A stretch of 64,000 bases of DNA from Cladosporium halotolerans (lineage: Eukaryota). Location: NCBI RefSeq assembly GCF_011745625.1, contig NW_027191458.1, forward strand, positions 868,001-932,000. The letters are read 5' to 3'. Within the stretch, counting starts at the first letter, position 1; each line of letters opens with the position of its first letter. The notes under the pieces are model-generated. The model was not told where the DNA came from, did no database searches, and worked only from the letters and a program-made list of their open reading frames with translations. Made by a program: the position numbers and the translations under genes. Of this stretch, positions 24,828-37,842 are shown piece after piece.

Positions 24828-25880
24828 ATGGCGCCTCCAACCCTCGTCACCCCTTTGTGCGAGCTGCTCGGCATCAAGTATCCCATTCTCCTCGCTGGCA
24901 TGGCGCGAACATCTTCCGGGCCTTTGGCAGCAGCTGTGTCGAATGCTGGTGGTCTGGGAACCATCGGTGGTCTCGGCTACAGCCCTCAGCAGATGCGAGA
25001 TATCATTCACGAACTCAAAGCCAATCTCTCAAACCCTGATCTGCCCTTTGGTGTTGACCTTGCCCTTCCCCAGGTTGGCGGGTCAGCGAGAAAGACCAAC
25101 CATGACTACACCCATGGTCAACTGGACGAACTCATTGGCGTGGTGATCGAGGAGAAGGCACGACTTTTCATCAGTGCAGTGGGCGTGCCACCACCTCATG
25201 TCATCAAGCGATTGCACGAAGCTGGCATTCTGGTCATGAACATGGTCGGCCACCCGAAGCATGCGCACAAAGCCTTGCAAGCGGGCGTCGACATCGTTTG
25301 CGCACAGGGAGGCGAGGGCGGCGGCCACACAGGCGATATCGCGACCAGCATTCTGATTCCATCCGTCGTCGATGTCGCGAGCCAGTACAAGAGCCCACTG
25401 ACCGGTCGACCTGCAATGGTCGTTGCTGCGGGTGGCATCTACAACGGTCGTTCTTTGGCCGCCATGCTGTCCTTCGGCGCAGTCGGAGCCTGGGTGGGCA
25501 CGCGGTTCGTGGCGTCGAAAGAAGCCGGTTGCAGCGAATTGCACAAGGAGGCTGTCGTCAGCGCCAAGTTCGAAGACACGATGCGAACTCTAGTCGTCTC
25601 TGGTCGACCGCTCAGAGTCAAGAGGAACGCTTACATTGATTCTTGGGAAGTCGATCGGCCTGAGGAGGTCAAGAGGCTTTGCGACAGTGGCGTCGTGCCT
25701 CTTCAGAAGGATATGGACGAAGACAAAGATTTCGACATTCCCTTCCTCATGGGTCAGGTGGCCGGTGTGATCGAGAGAGTTCAGCCGGCGAAAGAAATCT
25801 TGGAAGAGATGGTGACTGAGTGCGTCCAGATTATGCAGACTCAGCAGTCATACTTGAGCGGCGCTAAGAGCAAGTTGTAA
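24828..25880 (+). CDS. Nitronate monooxygenase / 2-nitropropane dioxygenase family FMN enzyme, ends -SKL
   Basis: LLGIKYPILLAGM, AAVSNAGGLG, QGGEGGGHTG, AAGGIYNGR, GAWVGTRF and MGQVAG. The ATG at 24828 lies within the longer listed ORF. Confidence 0.9.
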   Translation: MAPPTLVTPLCELLGIKYPILLAGMARTSSGPLAAAVSNAGGLGTIGGLGYSPQQMRDIIHELKANLSNPDLPFGVDLALPQVGGSARKTNHDYTHGQLDELIGVVIEEKARLFISAVGVPPPHVIKRLHEAGILVMNMVGHPKHAHKALQAGVDIVCAQGGEGGGHTGDIATSILIPSVVDVASQYKSPLTGRPAMVVAAGGIYNGRSLAAMLSFGAVGAWVGTRFVASKEAGCSELHKEAVVSAKFEDTMRTLVVSGRPLRVKRNAYIDSWEVDRPEEVKRLCDSGVVPLQKDMDEDKDFDIPFLMGQVAGVIERVQPAKEILEEMVTECVQIMQTQQSYLSGAKSKL

Positions 25881-26303
25881 TGGTCACGCCTTCGACCTAC
25901 GCGACTAAACCGAATGCAATTTTCACCTATGCGCTCAAAGCTGTCTCGGAAGCTGAAGCTATGAGCATGATCATACGATCTACCGCAGCGCCGCTCAAAT
26001 TCGTTCATCTCCGAGAGCACAATGGACAGAACGAGCAGCCCCAATGGCGCCTGATGCTCGTCTACTGAATCTTCTCACAAAATGTTTTAGCTCTATGCAG
26101 ATACCAAGTCTTTCGTTGTCTCACAATCAAGTATATGTTCAAAGGGGACGGTTTTTGACAAGGATCAAAGGCGAAGCTTGTAATGAAGACTGAAGATGTA
26201 CAGGGTTATTTATAATATGTAGCAAACGCTGCATGCAAGCGACTATCGTACAGAAGAGCTGGGTATCTACAACGTTCCGAAATTATTAAAAAGACAGCAT
26301 GCA

Positions 26304-29300
26304 TTATGCCGCGGCCTCAGCGAGCTCCTTGGCCATGTCCTCCACCTTCCAGCCACTCGCCTCATCGACGAAAGGCTTCCTCGGGCCAAGAAGGACAAAG
26401 TTGCCCTTGCCCTCTCCAAGACCCTTGACAACGTCCTCCGCCGCCTTCCTGACATCTTCGCGGCTGACATCAAGCAGCCTTTCTCTCCTCTCTTGCTCCA
26501 TCTCTCTAGTGACGCCGACCTCGAAGCGCAAGAGACCCTCAGCACTGACGCTCATGGGCGCGTCAATGCCCTGGAAGACGGTCAATTTGGCCTCTTCCAG
26601 TTCCTGCGCCGTCCACTCGCGCTCCGCTGCCCAGCGGCCGGCATCCTTCATCACGTTCAGAGTGTTCTCCGGATTCGGGTCGCGGTATGAAGACAGAGTG
26701 AAAACACCGTTTACGGGGCGCGAGTAAGCGAAAGCGCCGTACGCGCCACCCTTTTCACGGATCTCGTGGTGGAGGTGCTTGTGGGTGAGGAGAGCGGCGA
26801 GCAGAGCATAAGAGGCTCCGCGAGGGTCCACGTAGGGGACTGTGGGCAGGCCGAGAGCGGAGTAGGAAACCTGGTAGGGCATGTTGAAGAAAGTGTTGCC
26901 ATTAGCGGGGTACTGAATGGCTTGAGAGTTAAGAGCAACATTCGGCGCAGTGAAATTGGTGGCCGCAGTTGAGTTCAGGAAGTTCTTGAGCGCTTGCTCA
27001 TTGGGGCCAGTCGCATCGGCGCCGCAGGTCAAAGCGACGCGCACGTTCGCCTTCATGTTGTTGACGGCGATCGCTTGAATAGCCTTCAGTTTCTGGACAA
27101 GCTCGGCCATGGCTTCCTGGTTCTCCTCGGCAGCCGCAAGACGGGCGATGAGCTTGACTTGAGTCAGACCGCCCGTCTGCTCAGCCATCTTGCCGCTGGC
27201 TTTGAGGCCTGCATTCATATACATTGCAGCATACATGTGTCCACTGCCAGCCACCGCATCGACAGCACCGCTGGCACCCGACTGCAGAAGCTCTCTGATC
27301 ATCTTGTACGCCTTCGGTGATTCGAAGTCTGTCTCAAACAGAACAGTCTGAAGCAGCTCGTACATCGCAGGTACGTTGCGATCGAATGCGTGGCCAGACA
27401 GACTCAAGCCCTCTTCGGCGCCCTGCAAGTCAAAAGGAGAGCCTGCCGCGTGGTAGCCAACATTGATGCCGCCAGTCTTGAGCTTGATCAGGTCTTCAAT
27501 CTCCTCCATACTCTTGCTCTTCGTGCCGATACGCATCAAGCTGTCGCAGAACAGGGGTACGAGCATGCGAAGCTCGTCGGGAAGATCCTTGAACGGAGCA
27601 ATGGCGCGGAAGTAGGTCATCTCGTTGGTGGGTGCCTCTCGCCACTGCACTTTGGCGTGGTCGACGGTATTATCACGGAGAGTTATTTCCTTTTGCTGTC
27701 TTGGAATATCGCTCACGTTGAGCATGGGGAGACAGTCGTTTGACTGGGTGCGACCTGAGTCTTGCTCCTCGACAAGATCGAGCTCCTGTTTGCGGAGGAA
27801 CTCGTAAGCCTGCTCAGGGCTACCATGCTTCTTTGATTCCTCGGCGATCTTCTTTTGCAGGCGATCCGCTTCCTCCGCGGCGAGCTCTTGGGCGAACGTC
27901 GCGGAAGGCTTCATGATGTACGTCAAGTTGTCATCTGTGAGAAGATACTTCTCAAGCAAATGCTCTAGATAACGCGGCTTGGCGAGATTCTTCCTGAATT
28001 TCTTGACGATGCTGTCGTACTCGAGAGAATCGAAAGGATCCCTGCCAGTAAACCACTGGCCTTGGACATTCCGCACAACGTTGATACCGAACTTGGCAGT
28101 CTTGTGCTTGAGGACAAGCTCCAGCTGGTGCAGCACGCCCTCGATCTTCTGTTGGTCGAGACCGTTGGCAAGAACGCCTCGAAGCTCGGACATAATGGTT
28201 TCCTTGATCTTAGGGAGATTCTCCTCGGTGACTCCATTAAGCCCAAGAGAAAAGATACCCTTGGCGGTGTGTGCATCGTAGCCAGTGTTGGGAGAGAAGT
28301 CTGTTCCAAGGCCAGACTCAACTAAAGCGCGGTACATGGGTGAGCCGTATCCGTCGATTAGCAGGGAGGTTGCGACGTTCAGTGCGAAAGACTCCTGGAT
28401 GTCGTTGCTATCCCCCATGATCCAGGCGACGGAGATGCGATTCTGCGCATCAGGCGGTGCCATTCGGTCCACCGGACCATGAACGACGACTTCCTTGGGA
28501 CCATTCTTCAGTGACTTCGGAAGTTTGTTCTCTTGGTCCACCGCAATCTTTGAAAACCTGTCCAGCTCCTTTCCAACGATCTCCAGGTGCTCCTCCACCG
28601 GCGTGTCTCCGTAAGTAAGGATCTTGCTGTTACTCGGGTGGTAGTGCTGTTGGTGGAAGGCACGCAGTTGCTCGTACGTCAGGTCGGTGATCTTTTGCGG
28701 TTCTCCTCCGAAGAAGTTCAGCGAGGGGAAAATCTCCTGCAACCAGCGCATGTAGTAGAAGTAGGTCGCATCTGAGAATTGTCCTTTCATCTCGTTGTAG
28801 ACGACACCTTTAAAGACCAAGTCCTTCCCGTCCGCATCCGCAGGCGCAGCTGGGTTCTCCGGTCCAATGCGCCAGCCTTCCTGTACAAAGTCCGACTTTT
28901 TGAGCAGAGGGTGCAGGGTCGAGTCGAGATACATGGTCATGAGGTTGCGGAAATCTTTGGTGTTCGTGGTGGCGATCGGGTACATGGTGTGGTCGAGGGT
29001 CGTGAAGGCGTTCATGAAGTTGTTCAGAGAGCGAGGGAGCATCTTGAAGAAGGGGTCTCTAATCGGATACCTAGCTTACTGTCAAATTACCTTCTCACAT
29101 CTATCGTCTACGCGATTGCTTACTTCTCACTCGAGCACAGGGTCACATGCTCAAGAATATGCGGGACGCCTGTAGCGTCGGGAGGGTTCGTCTTGAAGCC
29201 GATGCTGAAGACGTTGTTCTCATCGTCTCTTGCGACATGCAAGTAGTCTGCGCCGGTCTTGTCATGCTGGAATAACAGCGCCGAGAGCTCCAGCTCGGGC

Positions 29301-29467
29301 ACATGCTTCGTCTTCTGAAGAGTGAATCCGTGGATGCGATCGCCAGGCTTTGGCAGCGAGTCTAGCGCCGAAGCATAGTTACGGCGCGGGCAGGCAACCA
29401 GGCGGGAGGCCGATAATGATGCCTGCAAGCGAGGTGCCGCGCGGGCTGTCCGCAGCGCTGAGAGCAT
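26304..29467 (-). CDS. CYM1: Mitochondrial presequence protease (M16C, PreP/Cym1)
   Basis: Presequence [14 protein letters not shown] and inverted zinc motif GVPHILEH. Intron 29071-29123 gives [12 protein letters not shown]. Also [16 protein letters not shown] and IREKGGAYG. Confidence 0.95.
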
Positions 29468-30033
29468 CAGGGCGACGGTGTGAGGTTGTTGCAAGAGGAA
29501 TGTAGTAGGTCTCCGGCGAGTCCAGGGCAGATCGTCACTAACAGCTGAGCTTTGGTACGGCTCAAGCTCGGCCGAGTTTCTCTACCAGCAGCCACCCAGG
29601 TTCGAGTCTTCTGCGACTCTGCCGCATGAGCATCGCACACCGGTACCCCATTAGCGACATCAGATCAAACACAACAACTAGCCATACACGATCGCGCTCA
29701 CGGTTAAGCCCTGGAGATCGACCGCGCGTGGTGCCGCAGCGAATCCCGCCGAGATTGGAGACCTGGACCTTCCTGTGCTCCTCCATCTCGCCACGACACC
29801 TCGGTAAAGGGCGCTATACTTGCATACTTCTGGATACGACGGACTAGCTGTCATTCTTACGAGGATAGACCGCGTTGACTTTGCTCTTCGATGCCAGCAA
29901 GGTGCCTACAGACTCTGCCGTCACCCATCGCCAACTGAGAAGGGAGGATTCCTCCGCGCGGGAGCGCATCGAACACACCTAGAGTGCGGCAACGACTGGT
30001 CAAACGCGACTGGAGACGCTCCAAAAAGTAAAC

Positions 30034-31630
30034 ATGGCGGCCGTGGCCAACCACAACCAACAGCCGCTGCCCGCGGGCAGCGCGCGCAATTCTCCCGTCG
30101 AGTACAATCGGGATGCGTCGGCTTCGGACACGTCCCTCGCCGCGCCCCCACCTCCTCCGAGCAACGCACCGGCACACAAGGGAAAAGCCGGCAAGGGCAA
30201 GAAGGCAGCAGCTCATTCTGGCGATCCTAATGATGCGCACAAGGCCCTTCTGTCGAAGATTTCGCAGCTCGAGGCCTCGAGTACGGAGACGGCGAAGGAG
30301 GAAGGAGAGATCGAGGCCGAGGTCAAAAAGGCAAACAGAGATTTGAGCCAACTTTTGGGCACGATGGAGCCGCATAACAGCAAGCTTGACATCGTGCAGC
30401 GCAAGTACAGTGAGCTTCTGAGCGACATGAAGCGCGTCGAGCGCGAACATGTCAAGGCGAAGAAAAGGGGTGATCAGCTGCAGAAGGAAAAGGAGGAAGT
30501 CAGCAAGAACCTCACCAAGGAGAAGGCGATGAAGGATAAGCTGGAAAAGCTAAGCAGGGAGTTGACTCGAGAGAACAAGAAGCTGAAGGAGGATTTGCGG
30601 GACGAGAAGGAAAGTGGCGGTGATCGGAATGAAGAACTGCACCGTAAGCTGGAAAACCTCGTGCTGGACGTGGAAGAAGTGATCATGGACCGGCGAGCGC
30701 CCGAACGACAATCAGCAGACCTCGAACAAGACAAACTTTTCCGGGAGAAATTTACCAGCTTCTTACACCAATACGAGCTGCGCGAGCTTTACTTTCAGTC
30801 TATGCTGCGGACCAAGGATCTCGAAATAGCATACCAAATGTCGCGACATGATCAGCTGAAGAAAGCGCAAGAGTCCGAGTTGAGTAAGAGCCACCAATTA
30901 ACGAGACAAGTCAGCACTTTCAGCCAGACCGAGAACGAGCTTAGGGGGCAGCTGAATGTTTACGTGGAGAAGTTCAAGCAGGTACGTCTTTAGAATAGTC
31001 CCCGACCTATGCCTTGTTTCGGGCAACAGGCATTTTGCTACGGTTGTCAGTAAAGGTAACTGACTGACTCCGCAGCAGGTAGAAGACACGCTAAACAACA
31101 GCAATGATCTGTTCCTAACTTTCCGCAAGGAGATGGAGGAGATGTCGAAGAAGACCAAGCGTCTGGAGAAAGAGAATCTCAACCTCACTCGCAAGCAAGA
31201 AGCCACCAACAAAAACATCTTTCAAATGGCCGAGGAACGCAGTCAAAGTCAACAAACGATCGACCGCCTGGCGCGAGAGAACGAAAAGCTCAAGAAGCTG
31301 TGCAGGGCTATGCAGTCAGGCGGTTATGGCGTTGCCGGCGGAATGACAGCTGGACACGTCGATCCCAATGCCGAGTTTGATGATGGTCTTGAAGGAGAGA
31401 CAGAAAGCGAGTATGAGGACGAAGAGTACGACGAAGATGAGGAAGGGGAGTATGAGGAAGATACCGAGGAGGAGGGAATTGACCTTCAGCAGCACGCGCC
31501 TCAACAACCACAGGCAAAGGTGTTCGGGCCCGCGCCCCCGCCGCCACCGCCTGTAGCACAACAAGGATTGCCGAATGGGAAGGCGGCGCCTCCTCAGCCT
31601 AATGGTTCGTTGAATGGCGCTCGGCATTGA
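30034..31630 (+). CDS. Taxilin-family coiled-coil protein
   Basis: KDKLEKLSREL..ENKKL, YELRELYF and QLNVYVEKFKQ|VEDTLNNSNDLFLTFRKEMEEMSKKTKRLEKEN (intron 30982-31078), followed by an acidic/Pro-rich tail. Confidence 0.88.
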
Positions 31631-32535
31631 CGGGGTTTGTTGGCTGCTTTGTATGTATATGTGCTACCTATGCCTATGCCTATTCTTCTGAACGCATCAA
31701 TCATGAAGAGCCTACATTCACTCTTCAATCTACGCGCACCAGATTTGGCTAGCCTCGTTGTCGCCGCGAAAACACATGCCCAGTAAAGTCTTGGCGCTTC
31801 CGCGCGCTCTCCTGCCATGTATAAGAAGCAGCCGCGACGCCCAACTTCCATTCGCTCTTCACACTGAAAACTGAACCCAAAAAGCGCAGCGAACAGATCA
31901 GTTGCCTACCACAGCAGATCCCCGAGATGCCCTCACGGGCTAGGAGATCATTCATTGTGGAGAGGTCACTAGCACCAGCTTCGGTTGGTATTGCGCAAGA
32001 TCAACAGGCCCGTGTTGCGAACCCCTCCCGCTCTTGTCTCTGACGGAGGTGGGTTGTGGTTCGCGCCAAAGGGGCCAACCGACGTCTATTTCAGACCTGC
32101 ACAGTCGCAAGCCTAAAGACCTGCAGTCTAAATTCGAGCGGACATTGTACCTCATTAGTTACCTGTGTGTATAGATCCAACCGTGCCATTCTTGCTTGAC
32201 GTGTTGAGCAGCGAGGAAAGAGTGGGCGGTGGGTATTTGATGACATTGCTTTATCATGTGTTGCAGGCTCGACATTGAATCTCGCGCTACTGATGTGTAG
32301 AAGAGAAGATCTCTTAAACAGGCACCTCAACAACATGGTGAGAGATATGTGGGTTGGCAAATACGCATTAATAAGTAAGGTATCAAATTGCCTGTTTCAT
32401 CATAGCTGCCAATGTGAACCCCGCAAATCGCGTGCGAACGCGTGTGACCGCGCCTGAAGTTCAACTACTATACTCTCATTGGCGCCTCGCTCTTCGGCTC
32501 ACGAAGGACTGCACGCCTTTGATAAATCATTAGCC

Positions 32536-34071
32536 ATGGCTAGAAGCAACGGAGTGAGCGATGAAGCTCTACTCTCACAACCATCGTAGGCCATATCCTG
32601 CCTTGCACCACAATCAGAGCTGACATGCCACAGCGATCATGAGCCAGCAACCCTCAACCGCGCGCCCTCTTCATACAATCCGCTCTCCAACTTCGCGTTG
32701 CCGAAAGGAGAGAACCGTCACTACCAGCAGCAGTTTGCCGACATGTACTTCGCACGGCTGGCGCAGCTGAAACCTGCTGTGGAGACTATCGCAGCCGAGT
32801 CTTTCGAGGGATTCGAAATCGCGGGCGAGACTGCGCGGCGCGTGGAAAGAGTGCTGGATGTACGACAAGGAGAGCTGTGCTGGGTGGTGGGAACAATCTA
32901 CATGGAATTGCCGCTAAAACCGAACATTTTGGACGACATTGGAAAAGAGCACTGGATCGCGGCACCTCCGCCCAGGGTCAAGTTTCTGACTCCGGGAGGC
33001 GGTGATCAGACAATGCTGGAAGACGAATCGGGTCGCTTACGATTGGTTGGTGCAGCATTGGAGGACTTTGTTCTGGTTACGGGTGCGATCATATCAGTAC
33101 TGGGAACGGAGAACTCAGACGGCGATTTTGAGGTTCTGGATGTGAGGGTACCTGATCTACCCAGGCAACCTCAAAGATGGGAGAGAGAAGATGGAGAAGC
33201 TGCCGTCAAGAAGGAAGCGGTTGCAAAGCGGGAGAAAGCAGGCAAAGTAGCGCTGGTGTCAGGACTTGGGATCACCGGAGATGAGGGCGACACGCTGAAT
33301 TTAGAGCTTTTGATGGAATACCTGCTCGGGGAAGCAGCAACGGAGCAAGATCAGCAAGAGACCGCGACAGTCTCACGCTTGATCATTGCCGGAAACTCCG
33401 TCAACGCAGCTCCCGTCCCAAGTCGAGAAGAGTTGGCATCAAAGAAGAGCTCGAAGAAGTACGGCTACGACAGTTCCGCTTACAACCCTGCACCAACCAA
33501 CCGCCTCGACGCCTGGCTTGCAGGTTTACTCCCTTCAATACCCGTCACTCTTCTCCCCGGCAGTGCAGATCCGACTTCTATCGCCTTACCTCAGCCACCT
33601 GTCCATCAAGCAATGTTCCCCCACGCCCGCGCTTACATGGAGCTTCCAACCTCTGGACTTGTAGGCAGCTTCGACTCCGCCACTAACCCATACGAATTTG
33701 ACCTGGACGGCTGGCGCTTTGTCGGAACAGGCGGACAGACCGTGGACGATGTCTTCAGATACGTACCCGGTGACGATCGGCTAGAGATGATGGAAGCGAT
33801 GCTCAGATGGCGGCTATGGGCTCCGACCGCGCCAGACACGCTTTGGTGCTACCCGTTCCAAGATGGTGACGCATTCGTCATGAAGGAGTGCCCGCACGTG
33901 TGGTTCGTGGGCAACCAGCCCAAATTCGAGACGATGCTGGTGGAAGGCCCACTTGGCCAGAAGGTGAGAGTCATCTCTGTGCCCGAATTCCATGAGACGG
34001 GTGAAGTGGTTGTGCTGGACCTGGAGACACTGGAGCCGGAATTGGTGAAAGTGGGCATTTTCGAGGGATGA
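32536..34071 (+). CDS. POL31: DNA polymerase delta small (B) subunit
   Basis: Intron 32586-32633. Motifs YQQQFADMYFARL, LEDESGRLRL, RLIIAGNS, PG..DP....PQ, TNP, APTAPDTLWCYP and CPHVWFVGNQ. Confidence 0.95.
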
Positions 34072-34606
34072 AGAACCTGGAATGCAGGTGAATATTTGCT
34101 TTGACGCCAAGAGGCTCAGATGCCCGCTACCAGAAATGGTAGCCCACTACTAGGCTTTACAGGCGAGGCTTTATCCAAATGCCATGCGCCCTCGCTGTAG
34201 ACGGGAAAGAGTATCGCATGCCCACCGTGCGTCACGAGAGACCCTCCGGCACGCAGCGTCAAAAGGATGTTGCGCTGTACAGCTCAGCTAGATACCCTCT
34301 GTGGCTCTGCGTGGTACACTAGATCACACCCGCGTGCGCTGTTCGAGAGGGCAATGGATAGCTGGAGCAATCACCACGTTCATGAATACAAGGTTCAATG
34401 AGCATTGACTTACCACTTCTCGATCATTCCTATTTTCTCCCCAGGTCTGGAGGCGTCTAGTCTTTTTCAATTTGAGTGATTTAATATTTGGCACAGACAA
34501 GAATCGAAAATTGTACACAAGAATCACCAAGGTGCAGGCAGCCCTATCGAAGCGAACGATAGCATCAGAATCTTGCCAAATCACTCCGGACACGACACAG
34601 AACAAA

Positions 34607-35988
34607 ATGATCCCTTTCCGAGGGCATGGTACGCACAAGGCCCCCATTGCCGCCATGATATTCTCTGCTATCGTGACTCCCTTGATTTTCGGTATGTTGC
34701 GCTTCTGTTCTGCTCGTAATCAAGAAACATTGGCTCAGCTTGTTTTGCGTCTAGGCTCCCTTTACGTGCCTATACCTACTCCCAACCGCTCTGTGAAAGT
34801 TGGCCCTGCCGCCTCTGCTAGCGATAATGGCAGCGCAGCCCTTTATGCAGCCGCGATTCTTCGCGAGCGTAGCCAAGTCGATCCCTTTGCGAACTTTGTC
34901 AGTGCGGCCGCAGATGGAGGAGGGGGCAGCGACTCCGATGACACTTCAGAGAGCATCGGTTCGACTGATGCAGAATACAGCGATGACGACGATCACGACA
35001 ATATCTGGCCGCCCCTCAACTATGAGAAGTTTGTGAGGGACGGAGGGCAAGTTATTGCTTACCTGGTGGCGTCGGACCGCGCCCTCACAGCCAAACTCGA
35101 GTCGGACGGAGTTTTGCGACCGGGAGAATCGCTAGCCAGCCATTCCAGAGATCAGAGATCGCTCCGAGAGAACGGTTGGGACAATCGTGATGCAACCGCT
35201 CGTCTCCGGCAAGATTTTCCGTCGGCATTACCGATTCGCTCAGCGCTCCGGGGCCTTGGTGTATCGCCGCACGGACGTCCAGTCGGGTTGATAGAGCACT
35301 GGAAATACGAGCACACTGCCCGATGGAATCATCGAGGGCGTCAGGCTCAGATAACTAAGCGAGTAGTTCCCCCTGACGACGTAATTGGCTAACGAGACTG
35401 CAGCCTGTTGGTAGCAGGGCTCAATACTCTTTCGGCACGAACCCTGAAGAAGGATGTCTTATGTTTGGATGGGGAAGAAGCCCGCGATACATCATCAATC
35501 ATCAACCAGGCGGTCGCAACGACATTATTCCTCCACCTTTATCATACGCGTCCGACATGGCTTTCCTCGACTGGAAACGCTCTTGCAATACACGGCAGAG
35601 TAGTATGACAGGACTGAATCACATTCTCTTTCCGGCGATCGAAACCATGCGAACTCAGAAAGCCATCGCTCAGACCTTTGCCAACTTAGGCAGACCTTTG
35701 CAAGAAACCAACCCACCTGAGAACTTCGATTGGTCCGGGAATCCCGGTTGGCGAAGCAGGCTGTCGTTCGCCCCGACATCTAGGGAAGGCAGAGCATTGA
35801 TTGGTGGTAGCATCGAGGTGGAAACAATCATGTGGATGCTCCTGCGACACCGAGCCGATCTTGGGCACAAAACGATCAGGGAGATCGTCGTATTCACTGA
35901 CCCCGAAGATCCGATACCGCTTCCGGCCATCTATTTAGAGCTGATCGATGTGCCAATCGCTCCGGAAGCCATGGCCGATGATGGCTGA
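34607..35988 (+). CDS. Uncharacterised fungal protein, paralog A of a tandem family (second intron donor appears mutated; possibly defective)
   Basis: Hydrophobic N-terminus, intron 34692-34754 and an acidic linker. Core domain PVGS..Y.F.T.PEEGCL.F..PPPL...SD.AF.DWKR.C..W..RL.F....EG.AL.G..WMLL.HRA.LG.KT.REI..F is shared with paralog B. Confidence 0.7.
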
Positions 35989-36391
35989 GCGGCCAGTCCG
36001 CGGTGAATTGACTCTCTGGAATACAGCGTCAGATGAATCTGGCACTCTGCAGCTCAGCGAGAAACAATGAAATCTGTGTGACGTGTCGATAGAAAGTCGT
36101 AAGTGGTCAAAATCAAAGAATCGAAGAGTGACTGATTGCTCGAGTGACTTCCGCCATTAAAGATGGAATCTTCCACGAATACCGAGACGTCGTTGCACGG
36201 ACGTCTCAATGCGTTCAGTAGCACTTCGAAGCATCCAGTCTCTCCCACCGACAAGGCATAAAGACGTAGAGTAATCGCACCTCGAGGAATTGCTCGCTTC
36301 ATACGACACTTCACTCCGCACAGACTTCGCAACAGGTGTCACTTACATCAAGCAACCATATCAAGTCACTCTCCACAGCCCACGATAAGAT

Positions 36392-37842
36392 ATGCCTACT
36401 TCGCTCGGCCATGGTACGCGCGCTGCCACGGTCGGCTGCATGATCTTGCTGATCACTTTGACCCTTCACATCCTGTGTAAGTCGAAACAGCGAAATCCTT
36501 CTGTTGCTGTAGTATGATCGCTGCTCACTAAGTGGACAGGTGACCGAAACTCGTCACTTCCAGGCTCCAATCCAAGCCTCGGATTCCGTCCTACAAGCGC
36601 AGCTACTATTGTGCGCGCTGCTAATGGAAGTGATAGTCCATGGCACAACTCCGTGGTCGAATTGTACTCCCGCAGCCAAAACAATGGCTTTGCCAATGGC
36701 GTCAATGGATTGGGGGACGACGGTTCCGGCGAAGATAGCAACCCTGCTGGCAACGACAACGGCCGTAGCAGCAGCGATGGAGGCTTTGTTGACGACAATG
36801 ACTGGGACGATACTGAGTACCACCACTATGTGCGGAAAGGAGGCCTCTCTTTCGAGAACATGGGCTCCTCAGACGACGATGTGTTGCATTCGCTCGTCGG
36901 CGAAGGAAAGCTTGGACTAGGAGAGCCACTTGCAAGTCGTTTTACGGACGTATCGCAACTGCGGCCGAATGGTTGGACTTTTCAGGATCTCACCGATCGT
37001 GTCTCGCTCGGGTCAGAGTGGGAGGAGAAGGTGCCGGTCCGAGTAGCGCTCGCATCGCTTGACATGTCGTATGACACGGTACTTAGAGGTGGGAGGTTCA
37101 AGTATTGGCAATACGAGCCTACACTTCCATGGAATTGGCATGGACAACAGATGCAGGTGTGTATACGAGCAATGTATTCTGATATGCAAAGTGACTAACC
37201 CATAGACAGCCGGTCGGTTCCGATGCCACATACGCTTTCGCTACCAGCCCTGAGGAGGGATGTTTGATCTTCTCCTATTACATTGGCCCGCAGGCCGTGA
37301 TAGCGGAACAGAACCTTGGGGCGCAAGGCATTCTTCCTCCACCACTCAAACACGGATCCGACATCGCGTTCATCGATTGGAAACGCGCGTGTGACACTTA
37401 CCATATCGACACCAGGACTCTGAAGCGAATTTTTGTACCTGCATCACAAACTATTACGACAAAGCACATCGTAGCAGAAGTATGCGCCAGTCAAGGTCGA
37501 CCTTTACCACTAACTGAGAACCCCGGTCTGTACGATATGTCCCATCTGCCGGTCTGGGAACGAAGGCTGAGGTTCGACGGGTCCACGGAGGAAGGCAAGG
37601 CGCTGATGGGAACGCCGGATCTGCAGATGGTCTCATGGATGTTACTGCAGCACCGCGCTGGCCTCGGTAAAAAGACCGTCCGCGAGATCTACTTATTCAG
37701 AGATAGTGACCGCTCGGTCAATCTCCCCTCTTTCTACCTAGTACTGGAGGATGTGCCTGTACCCACAAGGCCACCGGCGAACGGTCACTCCATAACCAAT
37801 GGTCACTCACGCCCTCATCCGCCACGGATCACTATTGATTAA
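36392..37842 (+). CDS. Uncharacterised fungal protein, paralog B of the tandem family (intact)
   Basis: Exons 36392-36476, 36540-37156 and 37210-37842 splice in frame with canonical sites. Clear similarity to A, including the N-terminus (MPTSLGHGT vs MIPFRGHGT). Confidence 0.78.

Noticed and set aside
29071..29123. CAGTAAGC overlap near the CYM1 intron end, as a possible stwintron
   Set aside because: Only a few nucleotides follow it, and ordinary splicing already gives the correct frame.
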